Assembly (NCBI GenBank): GCA_038896555.1
Contig: JAWACZ010000004.1
Location: 4,792-68,791 of the forward strand
Length of the DNA stretch: 64,000 bases
Reading direction: 5' to 3'
Origin: Candidatus Caldarchaeum sp.
Lineage (GTDB): Archaea > Thermoproteota > Nitrososphaeria_A > Caldarchaeales > Caldarchaeaceae
The position numbers and the translations under genes are program-made. The notes below the pieces were generated by a model that saw nothing but the letters and a program-made list of their open reading frames with translations, had not been told where the DNA came from and did not search any database. Position 1 is the first letter of the stretch, and each line of letters opens with the position of its first letter. This document shows positions 45,795-56,305 of this stretch, piece after piece.

Positions 45795-48017
45795 TTATTT
45801 GACAGATATCTTAACAGGTAGATATCTGCTCACATGATATACCGCATAGCCTGCCACTCCCTTAACAGTTGAGAACTCGTTGATTTCAGTCTGTAGTTGA
45901 ATGGCGGGGGTCATCCATCCCTCGGCTATGTCCATCACGTTTATCGTAAAGAGCACTCTGGCTCTTTTCGCAGCTGACATCTCCACGACTTTTTCCAGAA
46001 GCCTCTTAAACTCAGCGGTAGTGTAATTTCCTATAGCCGGACCCTTCACCGACCTTAAAAACGGATTGGTTACTAAAACAACGTAGTCGACGTGGTTGAG
46101 CAATTCCTCAGCCGAATTCATGAAAGTGAGCGGATTTTTAAAGCTCATAGGGTCGAACTCTAAGAAAACATTTAGACCATATGGTCTTGATTTAACGATT
46201 AAATTTTTCAAAAGTATGAGAAGGCTGTCTAAAGCAGCGACTCCTCTGTCCCAGCCAACTCCCATGATGTAGACTCCTCCGAAACCCATGGAAACAGCTG
46301 AGTCAACAATTCTCTGAGAGAAATGATCTGCAAAATCCAATTTCTTAGCCGTGGTGCATTGGAAGTTGATGTTGCCGTAGCCGTCTACACATTCTGGAAA
46401 GTTTTCGGTCAAAAAGGATGCGTTGTATCCATGGTAGCCATAGTGTATCGTGGTGTAATACGCTTTCAGGTAAACCCCCAACAAGGGTTTGACGCCAGCC
46501 CTTCTCATCGATTCGGCAAGCTTTCTAAGATCATTCTGCCGCCACTCATCGTTAGTGAGCTTAAACCTGAAACTTTTCGAATAGTCTCCGTCGTAAAGAA
46601 TTCCGTCAGGGCCTATTGGAACAACTATGTGGGTGAGGTTGTATTTGCTTACAAGAAAACCCGAGTCATATTCATCTGATTTGCTGTACAGTGCTTCCAC
46701 ACCTTCCATCACGCCTACCCGGACGCTTGTTCTAGGGACTACGACACCCTGTCCGGCTGGGAAAAGGCCCACCACAAAAGCGAACATCAGGAGTATAGAT
46801 ATGATGGCTATTCTTTGAATGCTCCATAGTGCTTTACCTCCCTCCCTCATAATGTTTAAGAAAAGTGTTATGAACCTAGTGCCTCCGATGAGAGCAGATA
46901 TTATGAGCGCCACGCCTCCGAGGGTTGCAGACTCGACCTCTTTCGAAACAACTATTTTTCCGAGGTTCCGCAGGTCGAAAATGGCCAAAGCAACTTGGGC
47001 CGCGACTATAAACAGCAGCCCTACCACGATGAGCACCAAAACGTTTATTCTGAATTCTCTGTTGTTCTTTCTTAAAGCATGTAGAATCAGGAACGGGAGA
47101 ACCCAGAGAACATATTGAACATTTACCTTCGCTGAAGTAGCTAGGAAGGCGAGCAGAGATGCTTGGGAGAGCTCAGCTAACCCCGCGTTGTTTTTTACCT
47201 GCTTCCTCAAAGCTATGTAGAGCAGAATTATGAAAAGCCCCTGTGACAGCAGCGGAACAGCTGGAGGTGGTGATATTATTGAAAGAACAGTCCAGTAAGT
47301 GAAGCTGCCAACGTTACCGAAATGATAAAGCAGCTTGTCGAAGAGAGGAAAGGGGTTTTGAAGAAAAGACAGCATAGGTAACGCGAACGCTACAACTGTA
47401 CCCAAAACTGTTTTGAAAACCTCGTTCAAGCTCCTTTTTCTGACATACATCAAAAACAAAGCCGTTGGGACGAGGATGAGTAGGGGGTAAATTTTCACCG
47501 CGCCGCCTAGACCTAGAAATACCCCAGCCAGAAAATTCCTTCCTCTGAGAACAGCCAAAACCCCGGCTAGGCAGAACACCACCGCAATAGAGTCGAACAT
47601 GCCCCACACGGCCGATATGGCTATGACGAGAGGGTTGAACAACCATAGGAGAGAAGCCCGTCCAGCATCCTTCAACATGCCAAGCTCGACTGCAAGCTTG
47701 GAGATTAGGACCGCGACTATAATGTCCGCGGCTATCATCGGTGTTTTGATAAGCATGAGTTGGAGGTTGAGGTTGTTCAAGGACGTTGTAAGGTAATGGA
47801 CCAGCCCAACCCAGTAAAGCCATACCGGCGGGTAGGCGTAGAAACCCCAGGGAAAATCGGTTAAGCTTTTGATCTCATACACGTTTACCCCCCTGTAGAA
47901 AAGCTCGCCGCTCTTAAGCCAGACGTAAACATCCCACGAATGGCCGAAGAACGGGGCTAAAGCTAGGCGAACAGCAGCCGCAGACAAGAAGACTGCGGCT
48001 GTTTTAGCCGAGGGCAT
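45795..48017 (-). CDS. GT-C (GT87/PIG-M-like) membrane glycosyltransferase with large soluble C-terminal domain
   Basis: D...W, YAYPP, LFNP, WGMFDS, KIYP, QY.LW; ~310-aa soluble tail. Confidence 0.75.
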   Translation of the reverse strand: MPSAKTAAVFLSAAAVRLALAPFFGHSWDVYVWLKSGELFYRGVNVYEIKSLTDFPWGFYAYPPVWLYWVGLVHYLTTSLNNLNLQLMLIKTPMIAADIIVAVLISKLAVELGMLKDAGRASLLWLFNPLVIAISAVWGMFDSIAVVFCLAGVLAVLRGRNFLAGVFLGLGGAVKIYPLLILVPTALFLMYVRKRSLNEVFKTVLGTVVAFALPMLSFLQNPFPLFDKLLYHFGNVGSFTYWTVLSIISPPPAVPLLSQGLFIILLYIALRKQVKNNAGLAELSQASLLAFLATSAKVNVQYVLWVLPFLILHALRKNNREFRINVLVLIVVGLLFIVAAQVALAIFDLRNLGKIVVSKEVESATLGGVALIISALIGGTRFITLFLNIMREGGKALWSIQRIAIISILLMFAFVVGLFPAGQGVVVPRTSVRVGVMEGVEALYSKSDEYDSGFLVSKYNLTHIVVPIGPDGILYDGDYSKSFRFKLTNDEWRQNDLRKLAESMRRAGVKPLLGVYLKAYYTTIHYGYHGYNASFLTENFPECVDGYGNINFQCTTAKKLDFADHFSQRIVDSAVSMGFGGVYIMGVGWDRGVAALDSLLILLKNLIVKSRPYGLNVFLEFDPMSFKNPLTFMNSAEELLNHVDYVVLVTNPFLRSVKGPAIGNYTTAEFKRLLEKVVEMSAAKRARVLFTINVMDIAEGWMTPAIQLQTEINEFSTVKGVAGYAVYHVSRYLPVKISVK

Positions 48018-48071
48018 ACCTAGATGGTGCAGCCATAAACCCTATTTAAGTGATATTGCGTAGAACAGCGC

Positions 48072-48956
48072 ATGAGGCTGGAAGAAGACATGCGGTTTAG
48101 CCTTCGTCAAAGAGAGACATTCATCGGCGTTGACGGCGATCTTACCGATGCAAAATACTTCATCTTCGGCGTGCCATATGATTTGACAAGCTCTTTCAGA
48201 CCAGGCTCTCGGTACGGTCCCGAAGCCGTGAGAAAATTCAGCGCTAACATCGAGTCTAACAGCTACAGGGTGGCGTATGACGCGGCCGCCGCGAAGATTT
48301 TCGATGGAGGAGACATAGTCTTTAGCTACAAGCTGTCGACGATGCTGAAACGTGTTTTCAGGGTTGTCAAAAACGTGTCTCAGTCAGGCAAGATCCCCGT
48401 CATGGTGGGCGGCGAGCATACGTTCACATATGCGGCGTTCCTAGCCGTTTCACAGAAGGCATCAGCGCTTATAGTCATAGATGCCCACTTCGACCTGAGA
48501 GACGAATACTGCGGGCTTAGGCTTAACCATGCAACCTACTTAAGACGTCTAGTTGAGAAAAAGCTCGACAAAAAAGTTGTGGTCTTAGGTGTCAGGGCAT
48601 ACGACTTTAGCGAGATGAAATTCGCCCAAGAGAAAAACATAATCTTCATCAGGTCTTCTGAGCTTAAGGATGTTTCTAGAACCATTAGGATACTGAAGGA
48701 AGTTACGGACAACAGGCCTTTCTACGTCTCCGTAGACCTAGATGTCTTAGACCCATGCTACGCTCCCGGTGTCGGTAACCCAGAGCCTGGCGGGATAACC
48801 CCTGAACAGCTATTCGACCTGATCCACTTTTTCGGGAAACATGGTCCTTTGGCCTTCGACCTGATGGAAGTAAACCCGCTCTACGACAACGGCTCTACAG
48901 TGGCGGTTGCTTCCAAGCTGTTGATAGAGTTTCTGGCTTCCACGGCGGAAAGCTAA
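48072..48956 (+). CDS. speB: Agmatinase
   Basis: GGEHT, DAHFD, SVDLDVLDP..APGVG.PEPGG. Confidence 0.92.
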   Translation: MRLEEDMRFSLRQRETFIGVDGDLTDAKYFIFGVPYDLTSSFRPGSRYGPEAVRKFSANIESNSYRVAYDAAAAKIFDGGDIVFSYKLSTMLKRVFRVVKNVSQSGKIPVMVGGEHTFTYAAFLAVSQKASALIVIDAHFDLRDEYCGLRLNHATYLRRLVEKKLDKKVVVLGVRAYDFSEMKFAQEKNIIFIRSSELKDVSRTIRILKEVTDNRPFYVSVDLDVLDPCYAPGVGNPEPGGITPEQLFDLIHFFGKHGPLAFDLMEVNPLYDNGSTVAVASKLLIEFLASTAES

Positions 48957-48974
48957 AAAGCCATCGTTGACTGG

Positions 48975-51458
48975 ATGTTTCGGAAGATGTCTAAGTGTTT
49001 CCTCTTAGGCGTTGGGTATGATGGGCAGGAGAGGAAGGCTTACCTCAAGCTGCTTGACCTCGAAACCAAGAGAGTCACAATCTACATGGATACTACAGGC
49101 CATAAACCATACTGCTTGAGCGACAGACCTGCGGCCGAGCTGGCTAACGACCCAAGGCTTAAAGAGGCTGGGGCGGTAGAGTTCGTCGAGGTTGAGAAAT
49201 ACGACAGCATCAACGACCGAAACATAACCATGACTTTGATAAAGGCTACAGACCCGCTCGCAGTAGGTGGAACAAAAAAGTCGATACGAGAGATTGTGAA
49301 AAGCTGGGAAGCCGACATACCCTACCATCTAAACTACATCTATGATAACAAGCTCGTTCCAAGCCTAGTTTACACGTTTGAAAACGGTAAATTCACACCC
49401 CTTCTGGGTGAAGAGGAGAAAGTCCAGCAAATCCTTGAGAAGTTTTTCAAGGATCTTTCCGACAACGAGAAGAGGCAGATAAAAAAATGGCTTGAAATTC
49501 TCGAGTCGGAGCATCCTCCCATCGATTTCACCGCTTTAGACATTGAGATTCTAGGCGAGTCGCCCACCCGTGTGCCATCCCCCTCCAACCCGGAGGACAG
49601 AGTTGTAGCAGTATCCTTCTCTGGAACAAAGAACATGAACAAAGTGCTAGTGTTAAAGAGAGATAATATTGACATGAACTTTGAGGGCGGCGAGTTCGCT
49701 TTGGAAGTATTTGACGATGAGGAAGCGCTGCTGTTAAGATGTTTCGAGATAATGGAAGACTATCCGATTGTTGTGTCATTCAACGGTGACGAATTCGACC
49801 TACCCTACCTCAAAAACAGGGCCGAAAAGCTCAACATCCCAAGGAACAAAATACCGATAAACATTGGAAGGGATGGTGCAACCCTTAGAAAGGGAGTGCA
49901 TCTCGACCTTTACCGTTTTTTCAACAACAAGTCGGTGCAGGTCTACGCCTTCGACAACCGCTACCGGGAATACACGCTTGACGGCGTGGCTAAAGCTTTG
50001 CTCGGGGTTGGGAAGGTTCATGTTGAGAAACCTTTGGGCGAGCTCAGCCTTCAAGAGCTGGCGAGCTACAGCTACAGAGACTCAAGGCTTTTGAGAGACA
50101 TGGTTGAGGTTGGTGACCGCCTTCTTCTGAGGCTGATGGCAGTTATCTCACGCATAAGCAGAATGTCTTTGGAAGACGTTTGTAGACACGGCGTAAGCGG
50201 ATGGATCAAAAACCTTCTGTACTGGGAGCTCCGGGGGCTGAACTGGTTGATACCCTTGAAAGAAGACCTAATATCAGCCAAGGGAGAAACCAGTACAAAA
50301 GCCATCATAGAAGGGAAAAAATACAGGGGTGGGCTGGTCGTCGAACCAGTTCCCGGCGTTCATTTCAACGTAACAGTGTTGGATTTCGCCTCACTGTATC
50401 CAAGCATTCTCAAGGAATACAACCTGAGCTTCGAAACAATCAACTGCCCCCATCAAGAGTGCAGAAGCAACAAAATCCCTGAGACAACCCACTGGGTTTG
50501 CTCGAATAGACAAGGGCTCCAAAGCAGCATAATAGGCGCGATAAGAGACATTCGGGTTAAATGGTATAAGCCGATGGTGTCCGACAAATCGTTAACAGCT
50601 GTTCAGAGAAGCTGGTACGAGGTTGTTCAAAGGGCTTTAAAGGTATTCCTTAACGCAAGCTACGGCGTCCTAGGTTTTGAGGAGTTTCCTCTATACTGCC
50701 CGCCTCTTGCCGAAAGCACTACGGCCATAGGTCGGTATGTTTTTCAGTCGGCTATCGAGAAAGCCAGGTCGCTTAACATACTCGTCGTGTACGGTGACAC
50801 GGACTCTATCTTCCTTAAGACAACAGACCCTGCTCAGGTAAATGAGCTGATCAGATGGGCTGGGGAAAAGTTCAGGCTGGAGCTTGAGTTTGACAAAGTC
50901 TATAGATATGTGGTTTTCAGCCGGAGGAAAAAGAACTACTTAGGCGTTACCGACAGAGGAATCGTAGATGTTAAGGGGCTGACGGGCAAGAAGAGAAACA
51001 TCCCCGTATTCATCAAGGAAGCCTTCGACGACATGCTGAGGCAGCTGGCGGAGGTAAAGACGGCCGAAGACCTCGAGAGGGTCAAGAAAAACATACGGGA
51101 GGTAATAGCGGCTTGGTATTCGAAGCTCAAGAACCGAACCTTCGAGATCGACCAGCTTGCGTTCAGGGTCATGATGTCCAAGACGATTGAGAGATATGAG
51201 AAGACAACTCCGCAGCATGTTAAGGCGGCTAAGAAGCTTCAGGCTATGGGGGTTAAAGTCGGGCCAGGCGACATCATAAGCTTCGTGAAGACGAAGGATA
51301 AGGAGGGGGTGACGCCGCTTCAGCTCGCCAGGAAGGAAGCCGTTGACGTGGACAAGTACATAGAATACATGCGTTCGACGTTTGAGCAGGTTCTCGACCC
51401 GCTGGAGATAGATTTCGACAGCGTCGTCGGCCTCACGAGCCTCGAAAGCTTTATGTAG
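48975..51458 (+). CDS. polB1: Family B DNA polymerase (PolB1-type), intact catalytic motifs
   Basis: Exo DIE, FNGDEFD; DFASLYPS, KVFLNASYG, YGDTDS. Confidence 0.92.
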   Translation: MFRKMSKCFLLGVGYDGQERKAYLKLLDLETKRVTIYMDTTGHKPYCLSDRPAAELANDPRLKEAGAVEFVEVEKYDSINDRNITMTLIKATDPLAVGGTKKSIREIVKSWEADIPYHLNYIYDNKLVPSLVYTFENGKFTPLLGEEEKVQQILEKFFKDLSDNEKRQIKKWLEILESEHPPIDFTALDIEILGESPTRVPSPSNPEDRVVAVSFSGTKNMNKVLVLKRDNIDMNFEGGEFALEVFDDEEALLLRCFEIMEDYPIVVSFNGDEFDLPYLKNRAEKLNIPRNKIPINIGRDGATLRKGVHLDLYRFFNNKSVQVYAFDNRYREYTLDGVAKALLGVGKVHVEKPLGELSLQELASYSYRDSRLLRDMVEVGDRLLLRLMAVISRISRMSLEDVCRHGVSGWIKNLLYWELRGLNWLIPLKEDLISAKGETSTKAIIEGKKYRGGLVVEPVPGVHFNVTVLDFASLYPSILKEYNLSFETINCPHQECRSNKIPETTHWVCSNRQGLQSSIIGAIRDIRVKWYKPMVSDKSLTAVQRSWYEVVQRALKVFLNASYGVLGFEEFPLYCPPLAESTTAIGRYVFQSAIEKARSLNILVVYGDTDSIFLKTTDPAQVNELIRWAGEKFRLELEFDKVYRYVVFSRRKKNYLGVTDRGIVDVKGLTGKKRNIPVFIKEAFDDMLRQLAEVKTAEDLERVKKNIREVIAAWYSKLKNRTFEIDQLAFRVMMSKTIERYEKTTPQHVKAAKKLQAMGVKVGPGDIISFVKTKDKEGVTPLQLARKEAVDVDKYIEYMRSTFEQVLDPLEIDFDSVVGLTSLESFM

Positions 51459-51459
51459 G

Positions 51460-52695
51460 CTATCGGTCTGCTTCGACGGGCCAGTAGTTGAGCGACCAGT
51501 AGATTGGCGGGATGTTGGCTATCTGCTCCCCTTTCAACAGATGTTTCATCACAGGTAGAAGTCTGAAGGAGGGCGGGCTTATCTTAACCCTGTATGGCTT
51601 GTCTCCACCTTCGCTTCTGATGTAGTACATCATCTCGCCGCGGGCTGCTTCAGTTCTGGCAACAGCCTCACCCGCTGGGACGCGTATGTTTATCGGATGC
51701 TGCTTGACCTTGACAGGCCCTTCAGGCATCATCTCGACGGCTTGGCTTATTATCTTCACGCTTTCACGCATCTCCCTGAACCCGACCACCGCCCTGTCGT
51801 AGCAATCTCCCCTTGATCCCACTGGGATGTCGAACTTGAGCTGGAAGTAGGCGTCGTAAGGGTTGTTTACTCTGTTGTCGTATTTTATGCCTGAAGCCCT
51901 GAGTGTTGTGCCTACAGCTCCAAGCCTTACAGCGTCCTCCTGTGTTAACACGCCGACGTCCTTCGTCCTGCTTATGAAAAGCTCGTTGTTGAAGAACATG
52001 TCCCAGTAGTCGTCAAGCCTTCCGTCAAAGAACTCACACACGGCCAGCGTGTATTTTTTGAAGTCTGTATTGTCTAACGGAAGCTCTTTACCCGTAACCA
52101 TTCTGTAGTAGCGTGAAAACTCTTTCACCAGCTCCCTCGGCACATTCTTTGGAATGTCATTCCTAACTCCTCCTGGCTCGAAGTATGCGTGTGTGATACG
52201 CTGCCCCCCTATCAGGGATGTCAAGTCAACCAAGTATTCCCGGTCTCCGAAGCACCAGAGGAACATGGTTGTATGTCCGAGGAAGACGCCGTAGAGGGCG
52301 AACCAGTAAAGATGGCTTGCAATCCTCTGAAGCTCAGCCATGAGTACCCTAAGGTATTTGGCCCTCTCAGGCGGCTCCACGCCCATCAGCTTTTCAACAG
52401 CCAGAACGTATGGATACTGTATCCCAGCAGAGTCCAGTATGACCGGCCTCTCCAAGTGGGGTATGTTTGTTATCCATGTTTTGTATTCCGCAAGCTTTTC
52501 TTCGCCTCTATGGACGAAGCCAGGGTCAGGGTCTGCTTCGACAACTGTGTCGCCTGAAACGGTGACGATGAGCCTGAAGTGGCCCGTTCCTGGATGCTGA
52601 GGGCCGTAGCTAACCTTTAAAACGGCTTCCCCAACATCATAAAACTCCATTTGCCTGACTTCCTCTTTCTTCTCCGTCACAGTCAACGCAATCAC
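51460..52695 (-). CDS. nuoD: Complex I subunit D
   Basis: GPQHP..GHFRL, HRGEEK, EAARGE, terminal EADR. Confidence 0.9.
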   Translation of the reverse strand: MIALTVTEKKEEVRQMEFYDVGEAVLKVSYGPQHPGTGHFRLIVTVSGDTVVEADPDPGFVHRGEEKLAEYKTWITNIPHLERPVILDSAGIQYPYVLAVEKLMGVEPPERAKYLRVLMAELQRIASHLYWFALYGVFLGHTTMFLWCFGDREYLVDLTSLIGGQRITHAYFEPGGVRNDIPKNVPRELVKEFSRYYRMVTGKELPLDNTDFKKYTLAVCEFFDGRLDDYWDMFFNNELFISRTKDVGVLTQEDAVRLGAVGTTLRASGIKYDNRVNNPYDAYFQLKFDIPVGSRGDCYDRAVVGFREMRESVKIISQAVEMMPEGPVKVKQHPINIRVPAGEAVARTEAARGEMMYYIRSEGGDKPYRVKISPPSFRLLPVMKHLLKGEQIANIPPIYWSLNYWPVEADR

Positions 52696-53180
52696 CTGCC
52701 TGGGGGTTCGTACTCCTTAAGCATGGGTGGAATATCACTCCAGTATTCAGGGAGGAGAAGCCTCTTGAGGTCGGGATGGCCTTCGAAAAACACTCCAAAC
52801 ATCTCGTAAACCTCTCTTTCATGGTATTCGCAGCTCGGCCATATATCCGTCAAAGAGGGCATGCGTGGGTTGGTTTTGTCGAGCTTTACCGAAAGAGCCA
52901 AATCGGCTCTGAAAAGCTCCTGCCTACTGTAGGAACCCAAGTGATAAATTACTTCTATCTTGTTTTCCTTCTTGAGAATCCTGCTTAAGTCAACAGCCGT
53001 GACTGCCTTCACGTGGTCGAATCCATGATTGTCCCGTAAGTAGGCAGCAGCTTTCTTCAGAACGTCAACTTCTACAACCATCTTAACCAATTTTTTCTCG
53101 TCAACGACCTTCTCCAAGGCTTTCCCGAACCTGTTTTCAACCGATTCCAAAACAGCTTGGTGGGGAGATGCTGACATCAA
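52692..53180 (-). CDS. nuoC: Complex I subunit C
   Basis: TAVD, EREVYEMFGV.F.GHPDL. Confidence 0.9.
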   Translation of the reverse strand: MMSASPHQAVLESVENRFGKALEKVVDEKKLVKMVVEVDVLKKAAAYLRDNHGFDHVKAVTAVDLSRILKKENKIEVIYHLGSYSRQELFRADLALSVKLDKTNPRMPSLTDIWPSCEYHEREVYEMFGVFFEGHPDLKRLLLPEYWSDIPPMLKEYEPPGR

Positions 53181-53833
53181 ACCGCCCTCCCGTAAAGGAT
53201 TTTCTCGCGGAGAAGCAGGATAGCTTGGAAAAGTGTTTCAGGCCGCGGCGGGCAGCCGGGAACGTAGACATCCACGGGGAGGATGTCGTCTATGCCCTGG
53301 ATCACGTTGTAGGAGTCTTTCGCGTACAGTCCTCCGCTTATAGCGCAGGCGCCCATCGCTATGACCCATTTTGGGTCAGGCATTTGGTCGTAGATTAGCC
53401 TCAGCCGCATGGCCATTTTAGCTGAAACTGTTCCTTCAACAACCAAAACGTCGGACTGTCGCAGGCTTCCCGTCGCCGGCAGCCATCCAAACCTCTCCGG
53501 GTCGTATCGGGGAGAGTGTGTTGCAGCAAACTCCACAGAACAGCATGCGGTCGTTATATGGGCTGGAAAAAGAGAGGCCATCCTACCCCAGTTGAGGAGG
53601 TACCGGACCAGCCTAAAGTTCCGGAACCTATACAGGAAATAGTCAACTCCACGAGGGCCTTCTACTTTATGGACTTTCTCAACTCCGTATCTTGCGATTG
53701 TTACATCCACTTTTTTGGCAGGCACCTCAGTCTCCTCAACCATTTCCAAAATCGAATTTGAGTCGGCGTACCTATACCCGAATATTCCCGTCTTATAGTA
53801 TCCTGGGAGGACAGACCTAACAGGGGTCCACAT
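53177..53833 (-). CDS. nuoB: Complex I subunit B
   Basis: ACCSVE, AMGACAISGG, DVYVPGCPPRPE. Confidence 0.92.
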   Translation of the reverse strand: MWTPVRSVLPGYYKTGIFGYRYADSNSILEMVEETEVPAKKVDVTIARYGVEKVHKVEGPRGVDYFLYRFRNFRLVRYLLNWGRMASLFPAHITTACCSVEFAATHSPRYDPERFGWLPATGSLRQSDVLVVEGTVSAKMAMRLRLIYDQMPDPKWVIAMGACAISGGLYAKDSYNVIQGIDDILPVDVYVPGCPPRPETLFQAILLLREKILYGRAV

Positions 53834-53877
53834 GACTTAGCCAATCAACAGGTTGCTGATTTTTATAGATATAGAAT

Positions 53878-54555
53878 TCAGCCGTAATAGTACCATTCTG
53901 GTCTCCAGCGTCTACGCAGCGGCAGCGAGAAGAGAAGGCCTGCTATGAAACCCCCAACGTGGGCGGTGTAGGCTATTGTGCTGAAAGGGGTGGTGAGCAT
54001 GAAGACAGTCTGAATCAGAATAAACCCTAGGATAACAACGTAAGCGGGAGCAACCATCGGTATGAACCACATGAAGGCGTAAAGACGCCTATGCGGGAAA
54101 AAGACCAGGTAACTGCCCATGATTCCGAATATAGCTCCCGAGGCTCCTATGGAAGGAGTTAAACATGCTGACGGTATAGGTCTCATGAACAGGGAACACT
54201 CAAGCGACAGAAACCAGGCAAAGTAAAAGATGTGGAAGAGTGCGGCTGCAACCCCGCTCAACAGATATACAGCTAAAAACTTTCCCGACCCGACATCGTT
54301 TTCCACATCCCTGCCGAATAGGAAAAGGCTGTACATGTTGAGAAGTATGTGGATCAGGTCAACGTGTACAAACATGTAGGTGACAAGCGAGAAGAAGTTT
54401 TGGCCGTTCAGTATGAATATGGGAATAGCTCCAAATGTTAAAAGGAAGGCTGAGAGCAGCGTCTCGCTTCTGAACACAAGGTTTACCATAAGCCAGACGG
54501 CGAAGTTTACGGCGATCAAGCCATAAGTGACTGTCGGCCTTCTCCCATACATCAA
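53878..54555 (-). CDS. Rhomboid intramembrane serine protease
   Basis: H....H...N, GASGA, AHVGG. Confidence 0.92.
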   Translation of the reverse strand: MMYGRRPTVTYGLIAVNFAVWLMVNLVFRSETLLSAFLLTFGAIPIFILNGQNFFSLVTYMFVHVDLIHILLNMYSLFLFGRDVENDVGSGKFLAVYLLSGVAAALFHIFYFAWFLSLECSLFMRPIPSACLTPSIGASGAIFGIMGSYLVFFPHRRLYAFMWFIPMVAPAYVVILGFILIQTVFMLTTPFSTIAYTAHVGGFIAGLLFSLPLRRRWRPEWYYYG

Positions 54556-54583
54556 ACTAATTCCTCACGGCTTTCTCATAAGT

Positions 54584-54946
54584 TTAGAGTAACGGCAAGC
54601 TTCCCGTTATCCTGTCAACCTCTTCCTCAGGAGCTGGACCTATGCCGAGGGCGGTAGCCGTGCCCGGAGGGAGCTCAGTTAAGCCAGCGTCCTCAACAAC
54701 TTCATGCGGAAGACCCCTGAAGGCACAGAGTTCTGCAAGCCTTCTCAACTCCTGTTCAGAGACGACTTTAAGAACCACTTTTTTCTGGCCAGACGCAAAC
54801 CATTCCTCAACCCAGTCGGGATTATTTTTCCTAGCGTTCTCTAATGCAAGCACGGCTGCATGGGATGCTTGAGCGGCCGTCTTGCCAACGCTCATCCTGA
54901 GGTCTGAGCGAATAACGATGACTTGTTTATATTTGCGCATCGACAT
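54584..54946 (-). CDS. pth2: Peptidyl-tRNA hydrolase Pth2
   Basis: GKTAAQASHA, DAGLTE, GIGP. Confidence 0.94.
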   Translation of the reverse strand: MSMRKYKQVIVIRSDLRMSVGKTAAQASHAAVLALENARKNNPDWVEEWFASGQKKVVLKVVSEQELRRLAELCAFRGLPHEVVEDAGLTELPPGTATALGIGPAPEEEVDRITGSLPLL

Positions 54947-54971
54947 GTTTTTCCCGAGCTTGGTTAAAAAC

Positions 54972-55763
54972 TTGAAAAAGCCGGTTGTAGCTTTGCTGAC
55001 GGATTATGGAACACGGGACACGTACGTAGCCGAGGTTAAGGCCGTCATCCTCAAACACAGGGCTGATGCAGTAATAGTTGACATCACCCACGAAATCGAT
55101 GCCTTTAACGTTCTAGAGGGAGCTTTTCTCCTCATGCTTGCGGCAAAATCTTTCCCGAATAACACAGTCTTCTTAGCTATTGTAGACCCCACCGTTGGCG
55201 GTCATCGGGACGCCATAGCCGTGAAGACAGCGAGGGGAAAAATGTTCATAGGCCCTGACACGGGATTGCTTTATCCAGCAGTATCAGCCGAGGGTATCTC
55301 GAAAATTTACAGGATTGTTGTTGAGAAAATCCCCTCCGTCTCTCCGACCTTCCATGGGCGAGATGTTTTCGCCGAGTTCGCGGGTCTTTTTATCTCGGGA
55401 AAAAATTGGCTCAGGTTTGTTGAGGAGAAAAAACAAATGAATGAGCTTGAGATTACGAAGCCGAAGTGGGGGGAGAATTCGGTGGAAGCCACAGCTTTAC
55501 ACGTCGACAGGTTTGGAAACATCATACTGAACATCCAAGGCACGCTCCCCGAAAGCTGGAAAACCGTTGACATAAAGGCCGCCGACAGCTCCTTCAACAA
55601 CGTTAAGGTCATGAGCTACTATTCACAGGCCTCTGAAGGCGAGCTTGTTTTGCTGGTTGGGGGAACAGGCTACTTGGAGATAGCTGTAAACAGGGGAAAC
55701 GCTGCGAAAGCCCTCGCAATACGGCCTAGCGAAAGGTTGTTGATATCTAAAAGTCGTTTTTAA
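54972..55763 (+). CDS. SAM hydrolase / chlorinase-fluorinase family (DUF62)
   Basis: LLTDYG..D, VDPTVG, TFHGRDVF, DRFGN, LEIAVNRG. Confidence 0.9.
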   Translation: MKKPVVALLTDYGTRDTYVAEVKAVILKHRADAVIVDITHEIDAFNVLEGAFLLMLAAKSFPNNTVFLAIVDPTVGGHRDAIAVKTARGKMFIGPDTGLLYPAVSAEGISKIYRIVVEKIPSVSPTFHGRDVFAEFAGLFISGKNWLRFVEEKKQMNELEITKPKWGENSVEATALHVDRFGNIILNIQGTLPESWKTVDIKAADSSFNNVKVMSYYSQASEGELVLLVGGTGYLEIAVNRGNAAKALAIRPSERLLISKSRF

Positions 55764-56265
55764 CGAGGGCTGCTAGCCTCTCCTCGCACCTAATGCTTTC
55801 AAGATATCTAACGGCTTCGGGGTGGAGCCTGCTCCGCCAATCTCCTGACCGTGCTATCAGCTTTCTAATCTCCGTACCCATCAGCCTGCTGCGGTCAAAG
55901 AATGGAACATCTTCCACCTTGTAACCCCATTCCTCGAACAAGATTCTCACAAGGCTGTTGTTGCTGTAGACTGTTTGGAAGGCTGGACAGAAAGAGACCA
56001 CGCGTGAAACCCAAAGCTTATGCTCGCCGATGTCAGGCACTGGGATTACGTAGCACCTGCTCAAATCAACCCCCGACGGCTTAAGCGTACGATATATTAT
56101 TTCAACCCTCTCGCCTGCTGTGAAAGGGTTTTCAACCGTGTGGCTGAACTGGGCGCTCCCAACACCTATTATGCATTCATCTTCTCTTTCAAGAATGTAT
56201 TTGACGGCTTCCAAGTGTCCTAGATGAAAAGGCTGGAACCTTCCGATGAAAAGCCCCCTTCTCAT
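55747..56265 (-). CDS. nadM: Nicotinamide-nucleotide adenylyltransferase
   Basis: GRFQPFHLGH, NPFTAGER. Confidence 0.92.
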   Translation of the reverse strand: MRRGLFIGRFQPFHLGHLEAVKYILEREDECIIGVGSAQFSHTVENPFTAGERVEIIYRTLKPSGVDLSRCYVIPVPDIGEHKLWVSRVVSFCPAFQTVYSNNSLVRILFEEWGYKVEDVPFFDRSRLMGTEIRKLIARSGDWRSRLHPEAVRYLESIRCEERLAALVKNDF

Positions 56266-56305
56266 CCCGACTCAACACGGTTTGGTTGTATATTAGGCGT
56301 TAGCG

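Noticed and set aside
48975..51458. Intein or inactivation in PolB1
   Set aside because: Normal length, contiguous intact motifs
51460..52695. Group 4 [NiFe] hydrogenase large subunit
   Set aside because: Lacks both CxxC Ni-binding motifs; has NuoD GPQHP and terminal DR signatures
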